Assembly: GCA_016303095.1 (NCBI GenBank)
Contig: JAEDMH010000001.1
Span: 1-57,584, forward strand
Source of the DNA: Lentisphaeria bacterium
GTDB taxonomy: Bacteria; Verrucomicrobiota; Lentisphaeria; Oligosphaerales; Oligosphaeraceae
Reading direction: 5' to 3'
DNA: 57,584 nucleotides
Positions 42,573 through 53,464 of the stretch are shown here, in pieces (position 1 is the stretch's first letter; every line of letters starts with the position of its first letter). The notes below the pieces were generated by a model. That model was not told the DNA's origin and did no database searches. It saw nothing but the letters and a program-made list of their open reading frames with translations. Both the position numbers and the translations under genes were made by a program.

Positions 42573-45500
42573 ATGAAAGGCGAGCGCATCAATTTCGGCC
42601 GTCTGAAGGAAGTCCTTCCCATTCCCGACCTCATCAGCCTGCAGACCAAGGCCTATGCGGACTTTCTGCAAAAGGACGTTCCCCCCGAAAAGCGAATCCG
42701 GGCCGGTCTCCAGGAAGTCCTGATGGATTTCTTCCCCCCCGCCAATAGCGACAATCGGATGGGATGTGGCGTGGAGTTCGTCAAATACGAGATCCGGATG
42801 GGAGAGAGCAATCTCTCCGAACTCTTGAAGTCCGGCGGCACCTACCAGGGGGAGTTGTATGTCACCTTCCGGATGCGGGGCGCCAGCAACAAGGACATTC
42901 ACGAGGAGTCCATTCGTCTGGGGCACATTCCCCTGATGACCCCCAGCGGCTCCTTCATCATCAATGGGAGCGAGCGGGTGATCGTCAGCCAGCTCCACCG
43001 CTCTCCCGGCGTCTGCTTCGAGTGCACCCACCACGCCAGCGGAAAGAACATCTACAGCTACAAGATTCTCCCCGACCACGGTTCCTGGCTGGAAGTCCAG
43101 TTCGACATCAAGGATATGATGCAAATCTATCTGGACCGGAAGCGTCGCCGCCGCAAGTTCCTGGTCTCCGTTTTCCTCCGGGCTTTTGGCTACAATAACA
43201 ACAAGGAAATTCTGGATGCGGTTTATGGCGTGACGGAGAAGAAGGTCTCCGACCTCATGAAGGATTCCGATCCCGCCCACTTCACCAACGTGGAGGAGAT
43301 CATGAATCCAGAGGACAAGTCCCAGCTGCTTTTGGGTGCCTTGGAACCCCTGAGCCAGGAATACCTGGCCGCCCTGAAGGAAGCCGGCGTGAAGAAGATC
43401 TGCGTGGTGGACACCAACGAGCTTGGCGACTACTTCATCAGGTGCCTTCAGCAGGACAGCACCGTCACCCAGGAAGATGCCCAGAAGGAGATCTACAAGA
43501 GGATGCGCCCCAGCGATCCCGCCAGCGCCAGCAATGCCCGGGCCCTCTTCGAGCGGATGTTCCAGGATGTCTATCGCTACGACTTGGGCCTGGTGGGCCG
43601 CTTCAAGCTCAACCAGATCCTCCATATCCAGGTGCCCGAAAATGTGCGCACCCTGACCAAGTGGGACATTGCGGCCGCCACTCGGGAGTTGATGCGCCTC
43701 TACAAGAGCGGGGGAAAGCAGGATGACATCGACCATCTCTCCCGCCGTCGCATTCGCACCATCGGGGAGTTGTTGCAGAATCAGTGCCGGGTGGGGCTGA
43801 ACCGGGTGGCCAATCTGGCCCGGGAGCGCCGGAACAATCGGAATGTGGAAGCGGGCAATGTCAGCATCAGCGCTCTCATCTCCTCCAAGGGATTCGAGAA
43901 TGCCATGACGGACTTCTTCCAGCACAACCAGCTTTCCCAGTTCATGGACCAGACCAACTGCCTCTCTGAACTGACCAACAAGCGACGCCTCTCCGCCCTG
44001 GGCCCCGGAGGACTCACCCGGGATCGCGCCGGCGCCGAAGTCCGTGACGTCCACGCCAGCCACTATGGCAGAATCTGCCCCATCGAAACGCCCGAAGGCC
44101 CCAACATCGGTCTGATCTCCAGCCTGGCCCTCTACGCCCAGCTGGATGAGTTCGGATTCATCCGCACCCCCTACTGCCGGGTGAAGAACGGACAGGTGGT
44201 CACGGACAAGAAGGGATGCCCCGAGATCGTCTACATGAAAGCGGACGAGGAGGAGGAGCATGTGATCGCCCAGGCCAACGCCCCCCGGGACGAGAAGGGA
44301 GTCTTCATCAATGAACATGTTCTGGGGCGCAAGGGCGGCGAGGCCGGCGAGTTCCTGGCCTCGGAAGTGGACTTCATCGACGTCTCCCCCAAGCAGATGA
44401 TCTCCGCCGCCGCCAGTGTCATTACCTTCCTGGAGCACGATGACGCCAACCGCGCCCTCATGGGATGCAACATGCAACGCCAGGCGGTGCCCCTCATGCG
44501 CCCCGAAGCCCCCCTGGTGGGCACCGGAATGGAGGGCGTCATCGCCCGATACTCCCATGCCATCCAGACCGCCACCCGGGACGGCGTGGTGGCCTGGGCG
44601 GATGGCACCAAGGTGATCGTCACCCCCGATGGCAAACTCCCCGAGGGAACCACCGCGGAGGACTACACCGAAAGCCTGGATACGGAGAAGATCCAGGTCT
44701 ATCTCCTCTTCAAATTCCTCCGCTCCAACGCCTGCACCCTGGTGAACCAGCGCCCCATTGTCCTGGCCGGACAGCGGGTCCAAAAGGACCAGCCCTTGGC
44801 AGACGGCGCCTGCACCGAAGGCGGAGAACTGGCCCTGGGCCGGAACGTCCTGGTGGCCTTCATGTCCTGGCGCGGCTACAACTACGAGGACGCCATCATC
44901 ATCAGCGAGAAACTGGTGCAGGAGGACATCTACACTTCCGTGCACATCAACCTCCAGGAAGTGGAGGTGCGTCCCACCAAGCAGTCCCAGCCTGAAGAGA
45001 TCACCCGGGACATTCCCAACGTGGGCGCGGACAAGCTCAGCAATCTGGACACGGAAGGTGTCATCCGTCTGGGCGCGGTGGTGAAGCCCGGGGATGTTTT
45101 GGTGGGCAAGGTCACGCCCAAGCAGGAGGGTGAGCTGGCTCCCGAGGAGCGTCTGCTGAAGGCCATCTTCGGGGAGAAGTCCAGCGATGTGAAGGACACC
45201 TCCCTGAAGACCGAGCCGGGCAACGACGGCGTGGTGATGGATCTGCGCATCCGTCGCACCCAGAATCCCGCCAATGTGAAGATGAACAAGAGCGAGCTGC
45301 GCAACAGCCAGAACGAGACCCGGGAGAAGTACCGCCAGAAGCGGAGCATGATCCAGGACGAGCTGGTGAAGGAGCTGGCGGATATGTTCTCTGGCGGAAA
45401 GCTCTCCGTGGAAGTCACCTTCACCAATGACAACCACGAAGTGGAGATCATCATTCCCGCGGATCGCAAGATCACCAAGCAGATGCTGTCCAATCTGGCC

Positions 45501-46613
45501 AACCACTACGAGCGGTATCAGATGCCCGAGGGCAAGGAGAAGGACGACATCGAGGAGATCGTCAAGAAATACCGCGGCCGTCTTCGGGAGAACGAGCGCT
45601 GCTGCAAGGAGGCCATCGAACTTCTGGAGAAGAACGAGGGCGCCGAGCCTGGCAAGATCTCCCATGTGAAGGTCTACATCGCCAGCAAGCGCCGCCTCTC
45701 CATCGGCGACAAGATGGCCGGACGCCACGGAAACAAGGGCATCGTCTCCAAGATCGTCCCCGTGGCGGATCTGCCTTTCATGGCGGATGGCACCCCCGTG
45801 GAGATTGTCCTGAACCCCATGGGCGTGCCTTCCCGAATGAACATCGGACAGGTCTTCGAGACCCATGCCGGCTATGCCGCCAAGATCCTGGGCATCACCG
45901 TGGCCACCCCGGCCTTCGACGGCATGCCCGAGGAGCGCATGGTGGATCTGCTGGAGCGCGCCCGTCTGGTGAAGATTGCGGAAGCCGCCGGCAAGGCCGT
46001 TCCGGAAAAGATCATGGAGGGGCTGCGGAAGGTGGAAGGCAAGGAAGTGGAGAAGGCCAAAGCGGATCTGCGGAAGCTCATCGAGCAGGCAGGCTGGAAG
46101 GTCGGCCCCCGGAACGACGAAATCGGCACCGGCGGAAAGGTGGTGGACGCCCATGGCACTGACCGCACCGACGATTTCGTGGACATTGACGGCAAGACCC
46201 GCCTCTATGACGGACGCACCGGAGACGCCTTCGAACAGCGGGTCATGGTGGGCCAGATCTATATGCTGAAGCTGGACCACCTGGTGGTGAACAAGATCCA
46301 CGCCCGCGCGGTGGGACCCTACTCCCTGGTGACCCAGCAGCCTCTGGGCGGAAAAGCCCAGGGCGGTGGACAGCGCTTCGGAGAAATGGAGGTCTGGGCC
46401 CTGGAGGCCTATGGCGCCGCCTATACCCTCCAGGAGATGCTCACGGTCAAATCCGACGACATCCTGGGGCGCTCCAAGATCTACGACTCCATCATGAAGG
46501 GCAACAACGAATTGGAACCCGGAGTGCCCGAGTCCTTCAACGTGCTGCGCCGGGAGATGATGAGTCTTTGCTTGGACGTCCGCATCCAGCGCGCCGCCGC
46601 CAATATGGCGTAG
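42573..46613 (+). CDS. rpoB: DNA-directed RNA polymerase subunit beta
   Basis: ATG 42573 after a GAAGGAG RBS. Contains RRIRTIGELL, NQLSQFMDQTN, GRHGNKG and GGQRFGEMEVWALEAYGAAY. Confidence 0.97.
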   Translation: MKGERINFGRLKEVLPIPDLISLQTKAYADFLQKDVPPEKRIRAGLQEVLMDFFPPANSDNRMGCGVEFVKYEIRMGESNLSELLKSGGTYQGELYVTFRMRGASNKDIHEESIRLGHIPLMTPSGSFIINGSERVIVSQLHRSPGVCFECTHHASGKNIYSYKILPDHGSWLEVQFDIKDMMQIYLDRKRRRRKFLVSVFLRAFGYNNNKEILDAVYGVTEKKVSDLMKDSDPAHFTNVEEIMNPEDKSQLLLGALEPLSQEYLAALKEAGVKKICVVDTNELGDYFIRCLQQDSTVTQEDAQKEIYKRMRPSDPASASNARALFERMFQDVYRYDLGLVGRFKLNQILHIQVPENVRTLTKWDIAAATRELMRLYKSGGKQDDIDHLSRRRIRTIGELLQNQCRVGLNRVANLARERRNNRNVEAGNVSISALISSKGFENAMTDFFQHNQLSQFMDQTNCLSELTNKRRLSALGPGGLTRDRAGAEVRDVHASHYGRICPIETPEGPNIGLISSLALYAQLDEFGFIRTPYCRVKNGQVVTDKKGCPEIVYMKADEEEEHVIAQANAPRDEKGVFINEHVLGRKGGEAGEFLASEVDFIDVSPKQMISAAASVITFLEHDDANRALMGCNMQRQAVPLMRPEAPLVGTGMEGVIARYSHAIQTATRDGVVAWADGTKVIVTPDGKLPEGTTAEDYTESLDTEKIQVYLLFKFLRSNACTLVNQRPIVLAGQRVQKDQPLADGACTEGGELALGRNVLVAFMSWRGYNYEDAIIISEKLVQEDIYTSVHINLQEVEVRPTKQSQPEEITRDIPNVGADKLSNLDTEGVIRLGAVVKPGDVLVGKVTPKQEGELAPEERLLKAIFGEKSSDVKDTSLKTEPGNDGVVMDLRIRRTQNPANVKMNKSELRNSQNETREKYRQKRSMIQDELVKELADMFSGGKLSVEVTFTNDNHEVEIIIPADRKITKQMLSNLANHYERYQMPEGKEKDDIEEIVKKYRGRLRENERCCKEAIELLEKNEGAEPGKISHVKVYIASKRRLSIGDKMAGRHGNKGIVSKIVPVADLPFMADGTPVEIVLNPMGVPSRMNIGQVFETHAGYAAKILGITVATPAFDGMPEERMVDLLERARLVKIAEAAGKAVPEKIMEGLRKVEGKEVEKAKADLRKLIEQAGWKVGPRNDEIGTGGKVVDAHGTDRTDDFVDIDGKTRLYDGRTGDAFEQRVMVGQIYMLKLDHLVVNKIHARAVGPYSLVTQQPLGGKAQGGGQRFGEMEVWALEAYGAAYTLQEMLTVKSDDILGRSKIYDSIMKGNNELEPGVPESFNVLRREMMSLCLDVRIQRAAANMA

Positions 46614-46696
46614 TCCGAGGACAGCACCTCCCCTCCATCCCCCAGTGGCGGGTTCTGCGGAACCCGCCGAAAACCCCCTTTCCCTGAGGATAAAAA

Positions 46697-49600
46697 GTGG
46701 ATACTCTGATGAACAAAACCGATTCCGCGGCCGATGTGGATGTGCTGAAGGACTCCAACAGTGTCTCCATCAGCGTCGCCTCCCCCGACATCATTCGCAA
46801 GTGGAGCCACGGCGAGGTCAAGAGCCCCGAAACCATCAACTACCGCACCTTCAAGCCCGAGAGAAACGGCCTCTTCTGCGAGCGCATCTTCGGCCCCCAG
46901 AAGGATTTCGAGTGCAGCTGCGGAAAATACAAGCGGGTGAAGTACAAGGGCGTGATCTGCGAGTCCTGCGGCGTGGAAGTCACCCAGGCCCGGGTGCGCC
47001 GGGAGCGCATGGGCCACATCGAGCTGGCCGTGGGCGTCTCCCATGTCTGGTTCTACAAGTGCGCCCCCTCCCGCCTGGGACTGCTTCTGGGCATGGGCCA
47101 GAATGCCCTGGAGGAAGTCCTCTACTACGAGAAGTTCGTGGTCACCGATCCCGGCGACACCCCCCTGGAGAAGCAGATACTGTTCACCGAGGAGGAGCTC
47201 AAGGAGCAGCAGACGATCTACGGCGACGCCTTCAAGGCGGCCATCGGCGCCGAGGCCATCGAGGCCCTGATGCCCACCCCCGAGGAACTGCCCGCTCTGC
47301 GGGATAAACTGGCCGAGGATTTGTCCTCCACCAAGAGCAAGCAGAGCCGCACTCAGATCGTGAAGCGCATTCGTCTCATCGAGGGCTTCATCAAGAACAA
47401 GATGGATCCTCGCTGGATGATCCTCCATGTCCTGCCGGTCATCCCCCCCGACCTGCGGCCCTTGGTGCCTCTGGAAGGCGGACGCTTCGCCACCAGCGAC
47501 CTCAATGATCTCTATCGCCGGGTCATCAACCGGAACAACCGGCTCCGCAGCCTGAAGCAGATCCCCACGCCCCCCGTCATCATCCGCAACGAACAGCGCA
47601 TGCTCCAGGAGGCCGTGGATGCCCTGCTGGACAATGGCCGCCATGGCCGCGCCGTCACCGGCACGGGAAATCGTCCCCTGAAGTCCCTGACCGACATGCT
47701 GAAGGGAAAGCAGGGACGCTTCCGCCAGAATCTGCTGGGCAAGCGGGTGGACTACTCCGGCCGTTCCGTCATCGTGGTGGGGCCCGAGCTGAACATCAAC
47801 CAGTGCGGACTGCCCAAGGAGATGGCCCTGCGGCTCTTCGAGCCCTTCATCATTCATCTCCTCAAGGAACAGGGCAAGGTGAAGACGATGCGAAATGCCA
47901 AGCACTGGATCGAGGAGCGCCGGAAGGAAGTGTGGGATGTGCTGGACGAGGTGGTCACGGGCCATCCCATCCTGCTGAACCGCGCCCCCACCCTCCACCG
48001 CATCTCCATCCAGGCCTTCGACCCCATCCTCATCGATGGCCAGGCCATCCGGCTCCATCCCCTGGTCTGCGCCGCCTTCAACGCCGACTTCGATGGCGAC
48101 CAAATGGCCGTCCATGTGCCCCTCTCCAACGAGGCTCAGCTGGAGGCGAAGCTCATCATGCTCTCCCCCAACAACATCTTCTCCCCTGCGGATGGACGCC
48201 CCCTGGCGCTGCCCTCCCAGGACATGGTGCTGGGGATCTACTATCTCTGCTACGAGGACGAAGTACGGAAGGCCGCCTTCCTGGCCAAGCCCGCCCACGA
48301 ACAGCCTCACTACGACACCTACGAAGAGGTGCTCCAGGCCATGGAGGCCCACCGCATGGCCAACGAGAACAACCACAATGCCCGGGAACCCATCGCCGTG
48401 GGGCTGGACATCCATGATTTCTTCTACTTCAAGAATCCCTACTACCGGGATCCTGGGGAGCAGGCCCGGCTGGACGCCTTGGAAGGCGCCGAGAAGCTTC
48501 GCCAAGAGGCCGAGGACCGGAAGATGGTCTGGGGAAATCGGAAGGAGCGCTGGGTGGTCACCACGCCGGGCCGCATGATCTACCATGAGATCTGGCCCAG
48601 TGTCCTGGGCTTCTGGAACAAGCCTGCCAAGAAGAAGGACATCCAGGGCATGATCAAGCAGTGCCACGAAATCTGCGGACACGACGAATTGCTGCCTCTC
48701 CTGGATCGCCTGAAGAACCTGGGCTACGCCTGGGCCACCCGCTCCGGCTTCTCCATCGCCATCGCCGACATGCTCATCCCCGCCAACAAGGAAATGCGCA
48801 TCAAGGCCGCCGACCAGGATGTGGAACATGCCCGCCAGGAAAAACTCCAGGGCTCCATCGACGAGAATGTCCGCCGCCAGCGCTGCATCGACACCTGGGA
48901 CAATGTGCGCAAGCTGCTGGGAGAGGATCTGGAAGTGACCCTGAAAACCAACGGAGGCCGCCCTGGCATCAACTCCGTCTGGGCCATGATGGATTCCGGA
49001 GCCCGAGGCTCCAAGGACCAGGTCACCCAGCTGGGAGGCATGCGCGGTCTGATGTCCAACACCAGCGGTGACATCGTGGAGACCCCCATCCTCCATAACT
49101 TCCGGGAAGGCCTCACGGGTCTGGAATACTTCAACTCCACCCACGGCTCCCGAAAGGGCATGGCAGATACCGCATTGAAGACCGCCGACGCCGGTTACAT
49201 GACCCGACGCCTGGTGGACGTGGCCCACGATGTCATCTGCACCGAGGAAGACTGCGGCACCACCAACGGAATCTGGCTTTCCGCCCTCAAGGACGGCAAC
49301 AAGGAGACCAAGTCCCTGGCCGACCGCATCGTGGGACGCTTCTCCGCCGACAACATCTACGACAGCATGAACAACCTGATTGTGGGTGCCGGCGAAGAGA
49401 TCACCCCCTTCATCGCCAATCGCCTGAAGGAGGCCGGCTACGAAAAGGTCCACATCCGCTCAGTCCTCACCTGCGAATCTCATCGGGGCGTCTGCGCCAA
49501 GTGCTATGGACGCAACCTGGCCACGGGCGAAATGCCCATGGAGGGCGACGCCCTGGGCATCATTGCCGCCCAGTCCATCGGCGAACCCGGAACCCAGCTG

Positions 49601-51328
49601 ACCCTCCGTACCTTCCACTCCGGCGGCACCGCCTCCACCAATGCCGCTGACAAGGAAATCGTCGTGAAGTGGGAGCAGAGCTCCGCGGAACTGCGCAGCA
49701 AGCTGGACGAACTGGAGAACCGCGCCAAGTCCTCCAAGTGGAGCGAAAAGAAGCGGAGCGAGGAGCGCCGCAAGCTGGAAAAACAGGAAAATGTGGCCTT
49801 CCTTGTCTTCGAAGGGCTGGACTCCATCCTGGAAGGCCCCGGGGAAGACGGGGACAAGACCCGGTATGTGGCCTCCCGTGACGGACGCATCCACGCCAAG
49901 GTGGCCCTCTTCCCCCGGAATAGCAAGGAACCCATGATGGGCGACGTGGATCTGGCGGTCTTCGACATCCCCTATGGCGCCATCCTGAAGGTGAAGGATC
50001 AGCAGTTGGTGAAGCCTGGAGACCTCCTGGCCATCATCGACCCCTACACCAATCCCACCCTCGCCCGCACCAAGGGCTTCATCAAGTATCAGGACCTCAT
50101 TGACGGACAGACCATCCGGAAGACCTTCAACCGGCAGTCCGGCAAGGAGGAGGTCACGGTCATCCAGCATCCGGAGGACACCCATCCCACCTTGCTCATC
50201 GAGGACAAGGACGGAAATGTCCTTCAGAACGAACCCCTCTCCGAAGGCGCCCAGATTCTCTTCGCCGACGGAGAGGAGATTCTGGGACCCCAGTACATCG
50301 CCAAGACTCCCAAGAGCCAGGCCAAAACCTCGGATATCACCACGGGGCTCCCCCGGGTGGCCGAACTCTTCGAGGCGCGGCGCCCCAAGGACGCCGCCGT
50401 GCTGGCCCAAATCAGCGGCGTCGTGAAGACTGGCGGAACGGTGAAGAACAAGACCAAGGTCTTCGTGGTGGACATGGAAACCGCGGTCCGGGACGAAAAG
50501 GGAGAAATCGACATCCAGAAGTCTCCCATCAAGGCGGAACACCAGATCCCCCCAGGGAAGCACATGGTGGTGGTCAACGACGACCTGGTGAATGCCGGCG
50601 ACTGCCTGACGGATGGCGCCCCCGTTCTCCAGGAGTTCCTGGATATCTGCGGTCCCCAGCGCCTGCAGGCTCTCCTGGTGGAGTCGGTTCAGCGGGTGTA
50701 CCTCTCCCAGGGCGTGGGCATCAACGACAAGCACATTGAGGTCATCGTGCGCCAGATGATGCGGAAGATCCGCATCAACGATCCCAAGGACACTACTTTC
50801 CTCTTCGGAGAGACGGTGGACATGCGGGCCTTCAACGCGGTGAATGACAAGGTGGTGGCCGAAGGAAAGATGCCGGCGGAAGGCCAGCAGATTCTCCAGG
50901 GAATCACCAAGGCCTCCCTGGCCACGGATTCCTTCATCAGCGCGGCTTCCTTCCAGGATACGCCTCGTATCCTCACCGAGGCGGCTACTCTGGGACGGGT
51001 GGATTATCTCCACGGCTTCAAGGAAAACGTGATCATGGGTCACTTGATCCCCGCCGGCACCGGATACTACAAGGTCCAGAATCCCGTCCTGAAGACCCTG
51101 GATGCCGAGGGCAACGAGTGCGAGATCAGCGATGATGGCAAGCACATGGTTGACCCCGGGGATCCCTACGAGGATCAGAACATGGATCTGAACGTGGAAA
51201 GCCTGACCAACGAAAAGGATCTGATGGATCAGGATCTGAACATCAGCACAGGAAAGGATATGGGCTTCTTTGATTTCGGCCCCGACGGCTCCGCGGACGA
51301 CGCGAAGCTGCTGGACGATTTGGAATAG
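46697..51328 (+). CDS. rpoC: DNA-directed RNA polymerase subunit beta'
   Basis: Zn-finger [27 protein letters not shown], and a large trigger-loop insertion. The start is GTG 46697 or ATG 46709. Confidence 0.97.
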   Translation: MDTLMNKTDSAADVDVLKDSNSVSISVASPDIIRKWSHGEVKSPETINYRTFKPERNGLFCERIFGPQKDFECSCGKYKRVKYKGVICESCGVEVTQARVRRERMGHIELAVGVSHVWFYKCAPSRLGLLLGMGQNALEEVLYYEKFVVTDPGDTPLEKQILFTEEELKEQQTIYGDAFKAAIGAEAIEALMPTPEELPALRDKLAEDLSSTKSKQSRTQIVKRIRLIEGFIKNKMDPRWMILHVLPVIPPDLRPLVPLEGGRFATSDLNDLYRRVINRNNRLRSLKQIPTPPVIIRNEQRMLQEAVDALLDNGRHGRAVTGTGNRPLKSLTDMLKGKQGRFRQNLLGKRVDYSGRSVIVVGPELNINQCGLPKEMALRLFEPFIIHLLKEQGKVKTMRNAKHWIEERRKEVWDVLDEVVTGHPILLNRAPTLHRISIQAFDPILIDGQAIRLHPLVCAAFNADFDGDQMAVHVPLSNEAQLEAKLIMLSPNNIFSPADGRPLALPSQDMVLGIYYLCYEDEVRKAAFLAKPAHEQPHYDTYEEVLQAMEAHRMANENNHNAREPIAVGLDIHDFFYFKNPYYRDPGEQARLDALEGAEKLRQEAEDRKMVWGNRKERWVVTTPGRMIYHEIWPSVLGFWNKPAKKKDIQGMIKQCHEICGHDELLPLLDRLKNLGYAWATRSGFSIAIADMLIPANKEMRIKAADQDVEHARQEKLQGSIDENVRRQRCIDTWDNVRKLLGEDLEVTLKTNGGRPGINSVWAMMDSGARGSKDQVTQLGGMRGLMSNTSGDIVETPILHNFREGLTGLEYFNSTHGSRKGMADTALKTADAGYMTRRLVDVAHDVICTEEDCGTTNGIWLSALKDGNKETKSLADRIVGRFSADNIYDSMNNLIVGAGEEITPFIANRLKEAGYEKVHIRSVLTCESHRGVCAKCYGRNLATGEMPMEGDALGIIAAQSIGEPGTQLTLRTFHSGGTASTNAADKEIVVKWEQSSAELRSKLDELENRAKSSKWSEKKRSEERRKLEKQENVAFLVFEGLDSILEGPGEDGDKTRYVASRDGRIHAKVALFPRNSKEPMMGDVDLAVFDIPYGAILKVKDQQLVKPGDLLAIIDPYTNPTLARTKGFIKYQDLIDGQTIRKTFNRQSGKEEVTVIQHPEDTHPTLLIEDKDGNVLQNEPLSEGAQILFADGEEILGPQYIAKTPKSQAKTSDITTGLPRVAELFEARRPKDAAVLAQISGVVKTGGTVKNKTKVFVVDMETAVRDEKGEIDIQKSPIKAEHQIPPGKHMVVVNDDLVNAGDCLTDGAPVLQEFLDICGPQRLQALLVESVQRVYLSQGVGINDKHIEVIVRQMMRKIRINDPKDTTFLFGETVDMRAFNAVNDKVVAEGKMPAEGQQILQGITKASLATDSFISAASFQDTPRILTEAATLGRVDYLHGFKENVIMGHLIPAGTGYYKVQNPVLKTLDAEGNECEISDDGKHMVDPGDPYEDQNMDLNVESLTNEKDLMDQDLNISTGKDMGFFDFGPDGSADDAKLLDDLE

Positions 51329-51440
51329 GCCCTTTGTCCCCAGGGGATGGTTCCCATCCCTGACATCCCCTCCGCCTCGCCCTGTTCTCCTTGGGAGAGG
51401 TGGAGTTTTTTTGTAATTCCCATTCCTTCTCTCGCCCCCC

Positions 51441-53030
51441 ATGTCTATGCATATTGACTCCCTGGCACCCTCCTCCCTGAACCGCTTTACGCTCCCCCAG
51501 GAGGAAGGGAGGCATGGGGCGACCTTCTCCCTGCCTCTGGCGGATCTGCAGGGACATTGGACGCCCCGGTACGCCTGGCCCCAGTTCTTTCTTCCCTGGA
51601 ATCTGACGGTGGAGGCCTCCGCCCAGTCGGATTATCCGGTGCTGGTCTTTGTGAACACCCAGGGGATCTGCCGAGGGCTGGTGGGCCTTTCCCAGCTGAA
51701 GCGGGAAAGTCGCCTCGTGGCCAAAATGAACCAGGAGAAGGGCACCTACGACATCACTGTGGAGACTCTTCCTTCCGCGGAACCAGTGGAACTGGTGGTG
51801 GACTGTCGCCCCATTCCCTGGATGGAGGCCCTGAACCAATGGCGGAATGGGCTGACGGGCTCCCGCCCCATGGTCCCCCAGGAGGCCTGGCATCCTGTCT
51901 TCTGCACCTGGTATGCCGTCCATGGGGCAGTGGAGGAGCAATGGGTGGAGGAGAATGCCCGCCTGGGAGCGGATCTAGGCATGGGAACCTTGATTGTGGA
52001 TGACGGATGGTGCTACGATGAGGCCAAGCGCGTTTCCCCGGACACCATCGGAGATTGGTATGAACATGTGGGAGACTGGGAACTCTCCTCCCGAAAATTC
52101 CCGGACTTCTCTCGCCATGTGGAGCGCATTCACCACATGGGAATGAAGTATCTCCTTTGGGTGGCTCCCTTCCTGGTGGGCAGAAAGAGCCGGCATTTCC
52201 GGGAAATGCCCCAATCCCTCCTTCCCGGGGAATTCCACGAGGGATACCGCCTCCTGAATCCCGCCTCCCCCCAGGCCGACGTCATGCTCCAGCGCATGGG
52301 ACGGCTGCTGCGCCAAACGCCGATCGATGGATTGAAGGTGGATTTCCTGGATCAGATCGAGCCCAGCTGGGAAAATCCCACCAGCGACCATGTCCTCTCC
52401 TTTGTGGAACGCCTCCACCAGACCATCCTCCAGGAACGCCCCCAGGCGCTGGTGGAATTCCGTCAGTCCTACGCCACGCCGGGAATGCTCCCCTATGCCA
52501 CCCAGTTCCGCGCAGGAGACGTGCCCTTTGACTTCCTGGCCAATTTCCGGAATATGTCCCTGATCCGGCTGGCCATCGGAGAGGGCACTCCCGTGCATGC
52601 CGATCCTGTCTATTGGGCGCCAGGGGAAAGCCTGACCAACATTTCCCGTCACCTGGTAGCCTCCCTGCTGGGCGTCCCCATGCTCTCCATGGATCTCACA
52701 AAACTCTCTTCCCAGGAACGGGAGATCATGGCTTTCTGGCTGGAATTCTACCGCCAGAATCTCACCACCTACCAAAGGGGGCGGTGGAGCCTGCGTCCCT
52801 TGGGGAGCCAGGCCGGATATGCCCTGCTGACCGCCCAGGACGCTCCCTCCCTCGCCATCCTCCAGGAACCTGCTCTCCTCCCCGAACTCCTGGATCAGAT
52901 GCAAAAGGGAGACTTCCTCCTGAATCTTTCGGGAAGCCCCCTGCCGATTTCCGGCGGAGAGATTCTCTTCCGCCCCGAGCCGGGCATGGGGCAGGGCGGC
53001 GTGCCTGCCGGCGGGGCGGCCAGACTCTAG
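51441..53030 (+). CDS. Alpha-galactosidase-like glycoside hydrolase (clan GH-D, GH36-like)
   Basis: GTLIVDDGWCYD and IDGLKVDFLDQ resemble the GH27/GH36 nucleophile region. No signal peptide. Confidence 0.6.
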   Translation: MSMHIDSLAPSSLNRFTLPQEEGRHGATFSLPLADLQGHWTPRYAWPQFFLPWNLTVEASAQSDYPVLVFVNTQGICRGLVGLSQLKRESRLVAKMNQEKGTYDITVETLPSAEPVELVVDCRPIPWMEALNQWRNGLTGSRPMVPQEAWHPVFCTWYAVHGAVEEQWVEENARLGADLGMGTLIVDDGWCYDEAKRVSPDTIGDWYEHVGDWELSSRKFPDFSRHVERIHHMGMKYLLWVAPFLVGRKSRHFREMPQSLLPGEFHEGYRLLNPASPQADVMLQRMGRLLRQTPIDGLKVDFLDQIEPSWENPTSDHVLSFVERLHQTILQERPQALVEFRQSYATPGMLPYATQFRAGDVPFDFLANFRNMSLIRLAIGEGTPVHADPVYWAPGESLTNISRHLVASLLGVPMLSMDLTKLSSQEREIMAFWLEFYRQNLTTYQRGRWSLRPLGSQAGYALLTAQDAPSLAILQEPALLPELLDQMQKGDFLLNLSGSPLPISGGEILFRPEPGMGQGGVPAGGAARL

Positions 53031-53051
53031 TCTCCCCCCCCAGACGCCACC

Positions 53052-53082
53052 CCGGGGAGGAGAAGAAACCCCTCCTCCCCGG
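53052..53082 (+). terminator. Perfect 11-bp hairpin after the glycosidase gene (no U-tract)
   Basis: CCGGGGAGGAG (53052-62) pairs with CTCCTCCCCGG (53072-82), with a 9-nt loop. The lack of a T-run makes terminator function uncertain. Confidence 0.3.
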
Positions 53083-53115
53083 CAAAAGAGCTTGGCAAAA
53101 AAATTGGCGGGTGGT

Positions 53116-53143
53116 TTGCAAACTGGGAGAAAGGTTTTATCTT
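53116..53143 (+). promoter_or_regulatory. Putative promoter for the tRNA-Gly pair (TTGCAA-N16-TATCTT)
   Basis: TTGCAA at 53116-21 and TATCTT at 53138-43, about 45 nt upstream of the first tRNA. Confidence 0.35.
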
Positions 53144-53188
53144 AACCCCGCTTTCCGACGAGAGTGGGAAAGCCGAGGTTCATCAGAT

Positions 53189-53264
53189 GCGGGCATAGCT
53201 CAGTTGGTAGAGCGCTACCTTGCCAAGGTAGCTGTCGACGGTTCGAGTCCGTTTGCCCGCTCCA
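53189..53264 (+). tRNA. tRNA-Gly (anticodon GCC), CCA encoded
   Basis: Cloverleaf read by hand. Acceptor stem GCGGGCA/TGCCCGC. D arm AGCTCAGTTGGTAGAGC. Anticodon stem CTACC/GGTAG with loop TTGCCAA. T arm GACGG-TTCGAGT-CCGTT. 3' CCA present. Confidence 0.95.
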
Positions 53265-53291
53265 TCTCTTCTCTGTGAACTTCCATCTTCT

Positions 53292-53367
53292 GCGGGCATA
53301 GCTCAGTTGGTAGAGCGCTACCTTGCCAAGGTAGCTGTCGACGGTTCGAGTCCGTTTGCCCGCTCCA
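53292..53367 (+). tRNA. tRNA-Gly (anticodon GCC), second identical copy
   Basis: Identical 76-nt sequence, 103 bp downstream of the first copy. Confidence 0.95.
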
Positions 53368-53464
53368 TCTTCCCCCCCCCAGGAAAAGCCGCCTGAAGCC
53401 CTATGCTTCGGCGGCTTTTTCGTTCCTCTCCCCTGTTTCTGACGCGCCTTCCTTCGTCCTGCCT

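Noticed and set aside
42141-46301. 1386-aa ORF on the minus strand opposite rpoB. Similar giant antisense ORFs occur at 46481..49453, 49460..51442, 4195..6135, 11172..14486 and 801..2351.
   Set aside because: These are shadow frames of strongly recognisable genes in a GC-rich sequence. The translations are low-complexity (G/A/L/H/D/V-rich), lack any motif, and have no independent start context.
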